From contig CM060732.1 of NCBI GenBank assembly GCA_030704615.1, forward strand, positions 52,204,001-52,268,000: a stretch of DNA of 64,000 nucleotides, read 5' to 3'. A program made the position numbers and the translations under genes. Shown one piece after another: positions 10,598 to 23,345 of this stretch. The notes below the pieces were generated by a model that saw nothing but the letters and a program-made list of their open reading frames with translations, did no database searches and had not been told where the DNA came from. The stretch's first letter is position 1. Each line of letters begins with the position of its first letter. This DNA comes from Takakia lepidozioides. Taxonomy: Eukaryota; Plantae; Bryophyta.

Positions 10598-11570
10598 AAA
10601 CGACCGCTAATACTACGGTCGCTATTTTTATGAAAAACAAGCGACCGCCACTACTGCGGTCGTTTTTATTTCCTTTCATTTTGTGTAATATTGCGTTCAC
10701 TTCTATTTTGTATATTTTTAAATTTAAGCGACCGCCCGTATGGTGGTCGCTATTGTTTTTTATTTCAAAATATAATGCGACTGTCGGTATGGCGGTCGCT
10801 TCATTTGTTAATATATTTAAAATAAAGTGACCGCCAATATGGTGGTCGCTTTTATTTTTAATATTTAAAAAAAAACACGACCGCCAGTAAGGCGGTCGCT
10901 TTTAATCTTTATATTTTCAGGTTTAAGCGACCTCCAGGCTGGCGGTCGCTTAAACTTAATATATATTTTAAAATTGACGCGACCGCCGGTTTGGTGGTCG
11001 CAAATATTGTATTGTTTTAAAACAAGCGACGACCAGTGTGGCGGTCGCTTTTATTTTCATATGTCGCTTGTTTTTTTAATATAATTTTAAATTTACCGAC
11101 CGCCATATGGCGGTCGTTTGTTTTTCTATATATTTTTTAAATTAAGCGACCGCCCAGTGGCGGTCGCTGTTTTTTTTATATTTTTGAAATTATCCGACCG
11201 CCATATGGCGGTCGCTTGTTCTGTACATATTTACAAAATTGTGCGACCGCCAATACGGTAGTCGCTTGTTTTCTTTTTTAATTTAGGCGACCGCCAATGC
11301 GACTGCCAATCTTGTTTTTTTTTAAAAATAAATTGAAATGACTGCCAAGATAGCGCTCGCTATTTGTTTTTTTAATTCGAAAAATAAAGCGACCGCCAGT
11401 GCGACCGCCAATCTTGCTTTAAAAAAATAAAAATTGAAGCGACCGCCAATACGGCGGTCGCTATTTTTTTTTAATTTCGAAAAACAAAGCGACCGCCATA
11501 ATTAGCGGTCGCGTTCATTTTGTTAATTTTCAAAATGTATTTGTCACCGCCACCGTGTCGGCGACGTGAC
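10598..11570. repeat. Array of ~19 palindromic GCGACCGCC-N(3-6)-GGCGGTCGC units separated by A/T-rich spacers
   Basis: Examples: taagcgacctccaggctggcggtcgcttaa (~10924), cgaccgccatatggcggtcg (~11097, ~11195), aagcgaccgccaatacggcggtcgct (~11437). Period is about 50 bp. Confidence 0.95.
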
Positions 11571-11689
11571 TGCTTAAGTGGCAGTATTTTACCCGCTACT
11601 ATTTTTACCAAAATATTCCTCGAACCTGACGTGACGGAGGTCTCGTCAGCGTTAGGTCTGACGTGACCTGATGACGTCAGGATGATCCA

Positions 11690-12535
11690 TCTGCTTTTCT
11701 GTAGCCGGGAAAACGTAATCAATGCAAAGAAAAAGTCGAGTCTGAGCCGGAGAGCTACTTTCGTACCGTTTCTCCTTAATTCCAAGGAGATAGATGCCTT
11801 GAATGATGAGGTATTTATCACATCCTGCACCAGATCTTACATAAGACACAAGATTTGTGGATGATGGCTGGGTGGAGAAGAACACAAAGACATTGCACAA
11901 CCTATTGTGCTTCTGAAATGCATCCATGATAGAGGTATAGTCCACTTCGGAAAACTCCACATCGTCTTTGTCGCCGATTGTATTTACAAACACCATCGAA
12001 ATGTTCTTAAATATCTTTTTGTTTACAAAACCAAGCCGATGACTTGCATCCGAGAATTTTCTCTTTGCTCCAAGCATTTGGTATTTGGACTTAAATGCCC
12101 GGTTCAGATCATCGGCAGCGCTCCTCAATTGACTTTTTCCAAGACAAAACAAAGTTCTTGAACGATTCAGGGATTTTCATGTTTTCCACATTTCTCTTTG
12201 CCTTAGCGACAAAATATGGCTCTCCAAAAGTGGACTTCATTGACTCAAAAACCGTTTTGTTGATCTTGAGTTTTTTCTTCACAGCACCCCATTCCTCTTT
12301 CGTATACGGCTCATGATTCATCTTTGATCTTTCTGTTCCACCGAGAACCACCATAATATCGTCTACAACAAACCTCTGCATCTTCATGTAATCTTTGTAA
12401 TCGTTCATGCTCTGAACAGGTTTTTTTTTGCCCTTCTTGTGTCTCATACATATCCTCAAATCCAAAACCTTTTCTGCCACCTTCCTGACTTGTCTCTGGT
12501 TAAGGCCTTCCAGCTTTTGAATTGCAGCTTTCCTA
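11690..12535 (-). pseudogene. Frameshifted remnant of an unidentified protein (two overlapping ORFs)
   Basis: ORFs 12109-12570 and 11652-12152 overlap by a frameshift near 12120-12150 and have protein-like composition. The family was not recognised with confidence. Confidence 0.4.
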
Positions 12536-12544
12536 AGTTGTACT

Positions 12545-13130
12545 TGGTCAGTTCCTGCCCTTTTGGCCATCGTATCTGGTTGCAGAATACAACATTGACA
12601 GCATTAACAAATTCTCGCAGGACCATATGCACGCTGGATTTGCCTATAGCGAACATTTCGCTACACTGCAAATAATCAGCTCCATGTGCCAGTTATAGAG
12701 CGAGCATGCTACTCGAAGGCCCACGGGTATAACACAACGGTATTTGGTATTTTCCTTTTCTATCAATGGTTTCAATCTGTCTGTGATTTGAAGAACCACT
12801 TCCCTTGTGACTCTGAAATGCTCGATCCAGCGCTTATTGTCATACTGAGTCATGAGGAATCCAGAATACCAAGTAGTACTGCGAGCCTTGACCCAGTCTC
12901 AAAAGCAATTGATACACACAAGATAATCGATGGTGATGCAAAATCAAAGAATTCTTCATAGTTTCAATGATCAACCTGCTCTCTGTATCAATCTGCTCCG
13001 CGCTCTCAAATTGGAGCATCTCATTAATAGAATCGTTTTCAAGTTGGTGACACATTAAAAGCTCATTCTGTGCTTGTAGAATGACATATAGAAATTGTGC
13101 CATAATGACTGCCTTCAAAGGCCTCCTCAT
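12545..13130 (-). mobile_element. PIF/Harbinger transposase (HARBI1/ALP1-like) N-terminal remnant
   Basis: WVKARSTTW...YDNKRWIEHFRVTRE...IPVGLRVACSLY(fs)LAHGADYLQCSEMFAIGKSSVHMVLREFVNAV...IRWP. Truncated before the DDE core. Confidence 0.85.
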
Positions 13131-13732
13131 GTTTAGGTTGCAATGGAAAGAATAGAAGCAGGCTGCTCTCTAGATACCTAACCTGCGAGGTGCAATCTTG
13201 TCACTGGACCGGTCAGTGAAGTGTGGAGGTTGATTCAGGAGGCTCAGGTGGAGAGAATGAAAGAAAGAATCGAAAAAAGACAGTGAACAAGTCTAAATGC
13301 TGCTATTGAAGAACTCTGAACAAGAACACAGAACAAGAATCCATAACAAGCGAAACACAAAACAAAAACAAGCAAAACATGAACACAACCGCGATCGACG
13401 ACGTATTATCACTCCCCGTTCTTGAACAGAGGTAGCAGACCTTGGTGTTACCTTATGATACTCTAACTACTTACCTGCAGGTCTGAACGAGTTGCCTGGT
13501 CTGTAGGTAGCGGTCACCGATAGGTAGTGGAAAATACCGGGGACAAATGCATATAGTTAAAATAGGTTATCGCAGACAGTTAACTAACCCTAGGTGTGAA
13601 CGTACCTTTAGACTCCAACTATTTGTGTGGAAAGTGTGAGAGAATAGTGCAGCTGCTGCATCCACAGTAGAGTGAGGAGAGCAGGGGAAGAGGAAGATTG
13701 AGGGAGAGGGTGTGTGGTTGGCAAACACAGAG

Positions 13733-15362
13733 ATGGCAGGAGCATACACTTGTATTTGTAATCATCTGCCGAGCACGCCTTCAGTGTCTCCTTTCCATTC
13801 CGGTAGACCTAAGGGCAGGCATGGTGTGAAATTGTCTGCAGCTTCTTCGGACAACTGGGGAGTTGTTAAGCGCTGTGGCCGAATTGTGGAACGTATTTTC
13901 GAAGAAAGAGATGGGTTTTGGTGCCTTGCAGAAAGAGATGAAGTGAGGGTTGTGAAGTGTCGGGCGGACAGTGATGATGGCAGCTCAGGGAGAGGCGCAG
14001 GATCTGCCCTTGAAGACCCACCTGGTAGGTTCTCTGTCTAGGGTAATTTCCTATGCAGGATCTATCGTCAGAAGAATATATTCTGTCTCTCTTTGAGGGA
14101 GGCTTTACTCGTTACCTGTTCATTGATGTCAGGGAACGATTTACAGTTGGAAGATCCAGAAAAAGACAGGGTTTTGGAGTTGCCAGAGAATGGGCTATCA
14201 TCATGGCTCTACCCGCCTGCAGAGGAGCTTCCTGACGAGAAAGAGATGACGATATTCGACCATTTGGAAGAACTACGGCAACGGATCCTGGTCTCGGTGG
14301 TGGCAGTGGGGGTGGCCATTTTGGGCTGTTTTGTGTTTGCTAAAGACCTCATTGTGTTGCTGGAAGCTCCGGTCTATTCACTTGGTGTACGGTTCCTCGC
14401 TCTCTCACCTGGGGAATATTTTTTCACTACACTGAAGGTATGCAGCAGTTTTCCTCATTGGTTTGATACACCTTAGAGCATTGACGGCCCTTCTCTTGGT
14501 ATAGGTGAGCTGATTAGTGGAGGTTTGTATTGCATACACACAGGTTTCAGGTTACTGCGGGCTACTGGTGGGAAGCCCAATTATTATATATGAAATTATA
14601 GCGTTCGTTATACCTGGTTTAACGCGGAGTGAGCGACGCTTTCTGGCGCCTATTGTTCTGGGGTCCTCAGTCCTCTTCTACACGGGCCTTGGATTCTCTT
14701 ATGCAGTCCTGACACCAGCAGCTCTCAACTTTTTTGTCTCGTATGCTGAAGGAGTTGTTGAATCGCTTTGGTCAATTGACCAGTACTTCGAGTTTGTGCT
14801 GGTGCTCATGTTCAGTACTGGTCTAGCTTTTCAGGTCAGCCATTCCTACCGCCCAACCAGTCTATTACATAATTGAAAGTTTAACTGGTTACCGTGTGTG
14901 GTTGTTTGCCTGCGACTCTGCGCGGGTGCGCCGCCCGGCTCGCCTGGCAGCTTACCCTGCAGAGTCGCCAGCGGCCTGCCCATTCCCTAATACGTAGTGG
15001 TTCCCAGCATAGGGTATCTGCATTCATAGAGGATCCTGGCATTAGGCTTGTTTAATTTCCATAAGGCTTGAGAAAGAACATGAAGACCTTGATGGCATGG
15101 CTGACTTGGGGTCTGTTGGCTGCTTGACTGACAGGTGCCAGTGATCCAGTTGCTGCTGGGGCAAACCAAGCTGGTTACCGGTGATCAAATGCTCTCTGTG
15201 TGGAGATATGTAGTGGTAGGGGCTGTCATTGCAGCAGCCATTCTGACCCCCTCAACTGATCCCTTAACTCAAGTCCTCTTGGCAGGCCCACTAATTGGCC
15301 TGTATATGGGTGGAGCTGTGCTTGTTAAATTTTTGGATAATGAGTCTCAATTACAAGGATGA
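13733..15362 (+). CDS. TATC: Chloroplast twin-arginine translocase subunit cpTatC. Exons ~13733-14024, 14133-14437, 14544-14834, 15135-15362
   Basis: Transit-peptide-like N-terminus. [61 protein letters not shown] and [13 protein letters not shown] motifs. Canonical GT-AG introns in phase. Confidence 0.96.
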
Positions 15363-16510
15363 ATGTAAATCTGGAGTTTGAGGGTATGGATAGTTCCACG
15401 GAGATGGTCGAGGTGGCGGGGAAGGGGGTGGCCATCTCGTGTGTGTCAAGCGTGCAGCTCTGAAAGCAGGTGGTGTAAAGGGAGTACTAGCAAGTAAAGC
15501 TTCAAGGATGGAAAGCATGTATGATGAGAAAAGACAGAAATAATCTTACATTTGTTGTAGACTATGAAGCGTGGATTGATGGAACTTTTCTCAGTTTACA
15601 AAGGTAAAATTTATTGGAGGTACCTTGGCATAAGTGGAGATAGGATTCACTCCATTGACAATCTTTTAGGGTGAGACTGCAAAATTTGAAGCAACCTGTC
15701 AATCGCCTAACATGCAATTCAAATGCAATTTAAATTAATGTCCCAAGGCTACCTGTCTACGAGGTCCCTAGTATTTTTGGCAGGATTTAATATGCAATCC
15801 ATGGGTGCTCCGTTGCATTGTCAGCCCCACCCCTCCTTCCCAGTGGGGGGAAACGTATGAATATGGAAGACCACAGTGCAGGATTGCACAATCCCCCTTT
15901 GCCTTCAGCTGTCAAGGTGCAATCTGACCTGTGTTGGAGAAAGTAGAGTAGAACAATACTTGGGGCAATCTGATTCTTGAAGTTCGTGGGGCTGTTAACC
16001 CCAAGTCACGAACAAATCAGGTTAAAACAGGAGGGAATTTCTACCCCTTCCGATACAACACTAGAGCAGTCAAATCCACTATCGTCCATTTTCAGGTCAG
16101 TTTGATGTCTTTCTGCCCTCTCTTGTTCTCTTTCTCACTGTGCATGTTGTAGGATGTTGTTGTTCTCTGTGAATGTTCAAGGAGTACTTTTTGAGGGAAA
16201 TTCAGTTTTGCCCGCCTCTTGAGGCCAAGACTACCTATTGTACGGGACTTTACCAACGAGAACTCTACTCTTTGAGTATTTCATGTGAAGGTGGGCATGA
16301 CGTGGCTTCAGGGCATAGTTCCTGCTGGAGTTGGTTATCCAGCAGGGTATGAAGCTCGGCCAGGTGTGGTTAGTGTTACAGCTGATGACAACTGGGTTTG
16401 GGGGTGGGTGTTAATCGAAGGGCTGGCATAGGTGTTAGAAATCATGGCATAGTTTCCAGCGCTGCTACTGCCTTCATCTACTTTGATGCAAGGAGCCATC
16501 AGTAATGGGA

Positions 16511-16552
16511 CCAGATATCCTCTAGAAATCCCTTCACACAAGCATCAATCTG
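16511..16552 (-). repeat. Fragment of the same LINE family as 35803-37150
   Basis: 42 nt ccagatatcctctagaaatcccttcacacaagcatcaatctg identical to 35953-35994. Confidence 0.85.
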
Positions 16553-18599
16553 ACGTTTGTCTGTCCTTCATTTGTTCTCAACATGGGTAGCAGTATTCTT
16601 AAATCTTTGTGAACTTGTTTCTGTTCTGTCTTTGATTTGTTCCGAATGCCGTAGCTGCATGCATGAGTACCAAACTAGGTCTCTGTCCAAGTTTGCTGTT
16701 GAGTTATTTTGTTATTCAGCTGGGTTTCTCAGATGGAAAATATAGAAACAGAGCCATTTATGCAAAAGTTTATCCACTGGGTCTTGTGACCAGCAGCTGT
16801 GCTAGAGTCACTCACCTGGACTCAAGTGTTTCCTCCTAAGTATTCATTCTAATCAGTTGAATCCGTGTGTGTGCTCACTTTAAGTTCTTGCATTTGCTTT
16901 CGAGTCACGCCAGCAACTTGTGACACCTCTACGGGTGCTGCCTATTCAGCAAATGGAACCCTCTGGGCAGGCACTTCCGTGGGTCATGGGATCTCAGATG
17001 GTGTCAGCTTGGTGGTGTCTACCAGCTCAGCATGCAATGCCAACCCTGCGGAGACAATGCCTCTCAGAGCTCTGAAATTGCTTCACTGGATACTGCGGTT
17101 TCATCACCATGTTAAGTTTGTGCCAGATTTAGCTGAGCTCTCGGGCGTGGTTTTCGAGGGGAATCCTCTAGAAGGCATATGGGTTTTGATAGCGTTGGCC
17201 AAACTATGTTTTGAAGGTCAGACTTCTGTCTTGTCCTGTTTGAGCCACTGACCTGTTTGACAATCTAGGAGAAGGTCCAAGGGGTATATCATATTCCACT
17301 GTTTGTCCGTCGTGACTAATTGTCTTTTCCTTTTGTTCTCTCTGTCTCTGCCCCTGCCCTGGGGCACTAAGGAGGTCTAACCTCTTTCCCAAGTCGTTTC
17401 TTGTTTTATCTTCTATGTCCGTATCCAAAGTGGATTGAGCTAGTTTTGTTTTTCCCTTTTCTGCAGATACAACACACTTGGGGGAGTGGTACTGCAGAGG
17501 GTGTATGTGTGTTTTTTGAGGCTGTGAAGTCACAGTTTGGCAGTACTCTGGCTTTCCATGGTACTCTTCACCGAGGTAAGTTCAGATTTTTAGGTGTTTG
17601 CAAGTTGCTGGTTGATGACAGCGAGTCTTATTAGATCTTGCTGACGTTTTCATGTACAACACTAGGATGTCAGAAAATCCCATGTGGAACAATTCACATG
17701 GGGACCAGAGCATCAGCTATCAACTAACTCCCTGTAACAGAGATGCCTTCAGGGATAACTGCATCATCACCTGTCCTTGCCCCTCACTGACAAGGGCTTT
17801 GGGTGTCTTCCGAGTCTCTGTCATAGAGTGAGAGGGTGTTGGGCTAGCCTACCTCATGAGGCTAGGTTTTTCCCAGTGTGCACCACCAAGGAAGTGGAAA
17901 TGGAGTATAATTTCTTTGTAACCTTCTGTGGGGTTTTATGATTCTTTCTCTCTCTGCACAATGCACTCCATTTATGAGTGCACCTCTCTCTCTGTACATC
18001 TGTCCCATGGGCTTGGTTCCCCCATGTTATCTCCGATTCATTGAGCATCAACATTGGTGTTGTATGTAGGGCTGTTCAACATGAGCAAGACAGAATCACA
18101 ACGGAATGGAGCTGTATTCGGGGAGGGTGTCTATCTCTCCACAGATCAGCAGTAGCTCACAGCCTTCTGCAAAGCTGGAGATGGTTGTGAGCACTCTCTC
18201 GTTGGGTCACGGGTACAATATCTACTCGTTTGTGAAGTTGCAAAACGGGAGGGTGTGTCTTGTGTCAACCAGAATCTTACATCTTTGTCTTCATCAAGTG
18301 AATATGTGAATGACAAAAACTCCGTTTCCAGCAGTTGCGGGAAGAAACCAACATCAGTAAAGGGCATGCCACATAGGGGCGGCCGCACAGAATGGCTGAA
18401 AATAAGCCATGGTTTTAAGGGTTGTTGCCTCCCCGCTGCCCGTGCCAAACCCGCCCTCGCTGCCCAGCCCTACTCGACACTTCGGTACTCTACACACGAG
18501 GACGCCATAGCAGAGGAGAACTGCGAGGACGCCATACTTGCATTCTTTGGTGACTGGACATCTGTCTACATAATGGAACTCATTGCACTACTAGATTTG

Positions 18600-19500
18600 T
18601 CACTCTGATAGCTTACCCAGCACCCAGCTTCTTTCTTCACAAAACATCTTATCTGTTGCAGGTGTTTACTGAATTGACAAGAGGAACTGTGGGTTTCCAT
18701 CCTGATGGGGGAGTTCAGATGAGGTGAACCTAAAAGTAGGATAGAGATGATTGGAAGAGATGTGGGATGGCCCCTTAGGCAAGCCTGGATTTGTTTCATC
18801 AGATGACAAGAGCATGTCAACTTTATAAGGGTAGCTGCTGCTTGTTAGATTGTGGGGAGGTTTTGTTTCATCATTCTGATTACCCCTGTGCTTCCTGCAT
18901 AATAGCAACAGTTGGAGAGATTCATTGGCTGTGACAAATCTGGGTCTGTCTAGTCCTTCACAATCTTCCAATACTTTTGCGGAGGCTAAGGTGTCCGAAT
19001 CAGGTGTACAGTTTCAAGAGGGAAGTCCCCCTTCTGGGGAAAGGGGTCCAGATTTCAGTTTCATAGAGCACAGTTGACTAGTGTGTGCCATAGGATTGTT
19101 TCTTAAATGGGGCTTGCCAGTCTTGCTAAGCAGAGTCTTAATGAGCTTTGCAGAGCCAGGGAAAGTGTGTACAGTTGCACTGTTCCTCCAGTTGACCTGT
19201 TTGCACAGTTCCCCCATCCCACGTATTCCAGGCACCAGGCTGGACCACGACGATTGTAAGGTCCTGAATGCAATCCATTCTCCTTTCTATCCAGCAGGGG
19301 TTTCACTCTGCTCAGGTTTTTGTTGTATTTTCGGCCATGAAATTGGTCGTGTTGAAGTATATCTTTTATGCCATGAAGCCCTTCAGCTTACCCGTTGGGC
19401 AGTTCTATAGGGTGACCAATAGGGGACCAGGAGTGCATTATGCAACCATTTTCTTTCTTCTGACTTCGCTGTTTCCATGCCACCAGAGCTCTTTTGCGGG
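18600..19500 (-). mobile_element. Highly degenerate L1-like non-LTR retrotransposon ORF2 remnant
   Basis: Broken frames resemble the RT-upstream and RT domain 0-2 motifs, e.g. SMKLKSGP..GGLP for KSPGPDG and Q..CLRGH for QxGFxxGR. Weak. Confidence 0.35.
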
Positions 19501-20606
19501 GTGCTACCGGGTTTGCTCCCAAGTTTCTCATCAGAGCTTTAACTTCGATGATTATGGCAGAGCTAGGTGCCAGACTACAGCGAAGAACCAAACAGAGCTT
19601 AGCAGTACCTGATTCACGTTGACGTCCAGACGTTAAATTACCGATTTCACTGAGCCGCCGGGATAATGGTCCCCACCCAAGATGAGACTTTGGTAGCCTT
19701 GAAAGACGTCCTGCACATTATGGAGAAAGTCTGCCTCCAGTGGGCCCAGAAACAAACGAAAAATCCAATCGCAGGAATGTCCACGGCCTATTCCAACGGA
19801 TCTGCACTATGACTCTGTTAACCTTTATGGGAATCCTCTTATGTTCAGAGGGTCCATCTTTGACCTGGCAAGTTGTGAATTCTGAGGTCCCCATCTTTGC
19901 TCGTCTAGATGAGGCTGCCTCCAAGTTGTGTGCCTCAGTCCATTGATGTTTTTCTAAGATTTCTGCTCAAGACATCTATCACATTGCTAATCTCTTGGAT
20001 GCTTGGATCTCGAGTTGTACAGGAAGTCACTGGCTTTAGTAGTATGTATGAACATCCATGAGAAACAGGATGTGTAAGCGTCATTGCATCAGTTTTTATG
20101 GGGTTGGATGTGTCAGCAGGTTGTCTATGTGGGAAGGTGAGTACTTGACAATCTTGAGCTGTTAGACCAGGAGCAGAAGTTTCTCAGGCAGCTTGGCTCT
20201 TCCAATTTGTAATACGAGTCAGAGACCATGCTTTTGGACAGTTCGTGACATAGAATTGTCACTAGCTGCTCAATTGCTCAATTGCGTAAAGCAAAGATAA
20301 ACCTCCCTCAGCCAACATACCCATGCAAAATAATATGCACTTCAGATGCATTCAGGCCATGATACTTCTGTTTGTGTGTTGCCAACAGAAAAGGAGGCCT
20401 GGATGGTTTTCTCCTAAAAGGATTTATGCCACAAAACTCCACAACTCGTCGAACAAATTCCTGTATGGGAAGAGAGGAAGAGGGGGTGGAACTTGTGCCA
20501 GTTGCAGGTTTTTGATTATGCATCTTACAAATCAAAGAATCATGGTACATTTACATGACTTCAATAGCAGAACAATGGCATTGACCCCACATCCCTACCA
20601 GTGCTG

Positions 20607-23345
20607 TCATAGATCTGCTCTAATACTATCAGCAGGGGAAGTGGTGTTGCTGGACCAGTGCTGGTGCACAGAGATGGGAGAAACAGATTGCAATTTGTGG
20701 GCATTGAGACTGTCCAGGTCAGGGGAGGCAGGAAAGTCATCAAGCTCATCGTTGCCAGGATTGGAAGCTAGACTGGCAATCTGAATCAGCTCAAGCTCAT
20801 CAAGCACCTCTAGCATTGGCGGGCGTGTATCCTTGTCCATTGACAAACAGCGAAAAGCCAGTTCAGCAACCCTGTGCACCATACTTCTAACGAGAGGTCT
20901 TTTGTCAGTCTCAAGGTGAGGATCAATGATCTCATCCAAGCAGCCACTTGTAATCTTGATCAGGGCAAGGCAAGCCAGGTTGACTTCCCGTCGATCTCGG
21001 CTGAAGTCCACCACTTTCATTGCCGTAATTATCTCAATAAGAACAACACCAAAACTGTATACGTCGCTCTTGTCTGAGAGATGAAAATACTGGTGGTACT
21101 CAGGGTCTAAGTAGCCCGGTGTGCCTTGAGGACCAGTTGAAATATGAGTGCCCTCTGTGATTGCTGTTCTTGACAATCCGAAGTCAGCCACTTTTGTGTT
21201 GAAGTTGAAGTCCAGCAGAATGTTGCTGGATTTCACATCACGGTGGTAGATAGGTGGGTTTACAGTGGAATGTAGGTAAGCAAGTGCACGAGCTGTTTCA
21301 GTGGCAATGCGTATGCGTGTCTGCCAATCCAAGACTCCTCCCCTCTCGCACTGCAGGTGCTCGGTGAGTGTTCCATTTGGAACATACTCATAGACCAAAA
21401 GGGAGTCCTGTAACTCCAGGCAACAACCTAGGAGCTGCACCAAGTTAGTATGGTTTACTGCTGAGAGTACATTGACTTCATTCACGACCTGCTCAATTCC
21501 TTGATTGCTCCCAGCATTAATTCTCTTGACAGCTACCAGCTGTCCATCTTGCAGCTTTCCTGCATACACTGTTCCAAATGCACCACCCCCTAACTTCTCA
21601 TCAGCGGAAAAGCCCTTGGTCGCTTTCTCCAACTCCTTATAAGAAAACAAGGTAGTTGCTGTAGTCCCTTCCCCAAGTGAGAAAAGGCGAGCCAGTTCTT
21701 TCATTTCACGCCGGCAGTGTCTTGCCTGTTTTCGTTTAATGTGACGCCTCAGTAGCACGGCCAGGCACACGGCTCCCACTAGCAGTGCTCCAGCCGCTAC
21801 CCCTCCTGTGTCAAAGAGGGACACATTCAAGAGTCCACAAACAAAGAGGTTGGAGCTGTATCTGAAATGTTGAATCTCAGACTGACACTGCTAAAGTACT
21901 GACGTGACATATGGTGCGTGGACATGCAAACCAGTAAAGTTGTGACTTCAATAGATAAGTTCAAGCATTATCCAATCACAGGTCCACTCCAGAAAAGGGC
22001 AGAGACTAGGATGAAGTGGAAGAGAACCATCTTCCAGGGTATCTGGGTCCTCACAAAAATGGGCGGGGATAGACTGGTCCTATATGCAGGGAACAATGGT
22101 AGAGGGGAGGCAGAAATATATGTCACAACATGGCTCAAGGTTTGTGTTACAAAGCAGGTGCTATCCATCTGAGGTACATCTTGCAGGCTTTTAAGTTGTA
22201 GAGAAAACTTAGGGGCCGCTTACCTGAGGTCGCCAGCACTCGGGTCACCTTCTTCTTGTGTTGGGGAGGACATAGTCCTCCAATCAAGGGCGTCTGGCAG
22301 GTGCAGTTCGTTGATATAGTGGTATTGCAGTTCGGCAAGACCACTGTGGCTGAGCAATCATCATAGTTGATTAGTGAACTTGAGACAGTGAATCTCTTTC
22401 TACTCAAGCTATGCAAAAGAATTTTAGAGGGGCTACTCTCCCTCTCTCTCTCCTCTTCCATTCATTAGGGTTTTCATTCACATGAGAAGTTTCTTTCTTT
22501 CTCTCGTTCCAAACAAACTCCCGAAAGAAACAGGCAACACCAGATTCCATCACCCTGCACGCCCGCTTCATACCTGGGATGCAGCCGTTCAAGTAACCGT
22601 CTCCTCGAAAGCCATCATTGCATTGGCAAGTGTGGCCTGGACCGTTGATCGCCTGGACGCAGGTGGCATTGTGGGAACACGCTGCTGAGGCTGTGCAGTT
22701 GCCACTCACTACCCAGTTCAACTCCAACCCATAGGTCACTTGCAACTCGTCTTCACTTGTTTGCGAATCGACAACCCAACTAGTAAATGTAGTACACTCA
22801 AGCTCGGAAAGAATTCCACGAGAATCATTTTTCCCCATGTATATGTCACCTTCCTTTAACTTGTAGCAGCAGGTGGCAGGTGTACATGACTGGTTGCCCT
22901 TCCTGCGCTGAGGAAATGGACATAGCAGAGGGCAGGATTTCGTACTGTTGCAGGAGTAGAGAACCAGCGTATTATTGGAGGACACCCAGTAGTTATGGAA
23001 ACCCGTCAAATTGAAGGTTCGAAAGTTTGATTCATTGCACGAGCTGGTTGAAAGTGGGTCGATTGAGATGGTGTTGGATGTGATATTGAGCACCTCGTAA
23101 TTCTTCGAATTCAGAGGAAGAAGAAGCGATTCGTTTCTACACTTGAGTCGAAATTCTGGTAAGCCGCAGCTGGCGTCCAAACCAAAGGGATATGGTAAAA
23201 CCGTTGCTCCACACTTCTTGCAGCTAGAGTCGGTAGCTCCATAGGTTCGCACAGTTGAGATAACAATTACTATACATAGATATAGAAGGATGCCTGCTCC
23301 TCTAATTGAACCAGCTGCAATGTTTCCCGTAGCATGTAGCTTCAT
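20607..23345 (-). CDS. Wall-associated kinase-like receptor kinase (WAKL14-like). Exons ~23345-22574, 22349-22224, 21805-20607
   Basis: Signal peptide, GUB_WAK-type CG..LPYPFG..SCG domain, EGF-like CSHNATC..C.C..GF.GDGY, TM helix. RD kinase with GGGAFG, VAVK, HRDVKSSN, DFGLSR and GTPGYLDPEY. Confidence 0.93.

Noticed and set aside
10598-11570. CRISPR array
   Set aside because: Eukaryotic context with no cas genes. Repeats are variable, and spacers are low-complexity and related to each other through higher-order duplication.
19700-20050. LINE endonuclease fragment (LTW...IFARLD)
   Set aside because: Single weak motif on the opposite strand to the neighbouring RT remnant, not supportable by eye.
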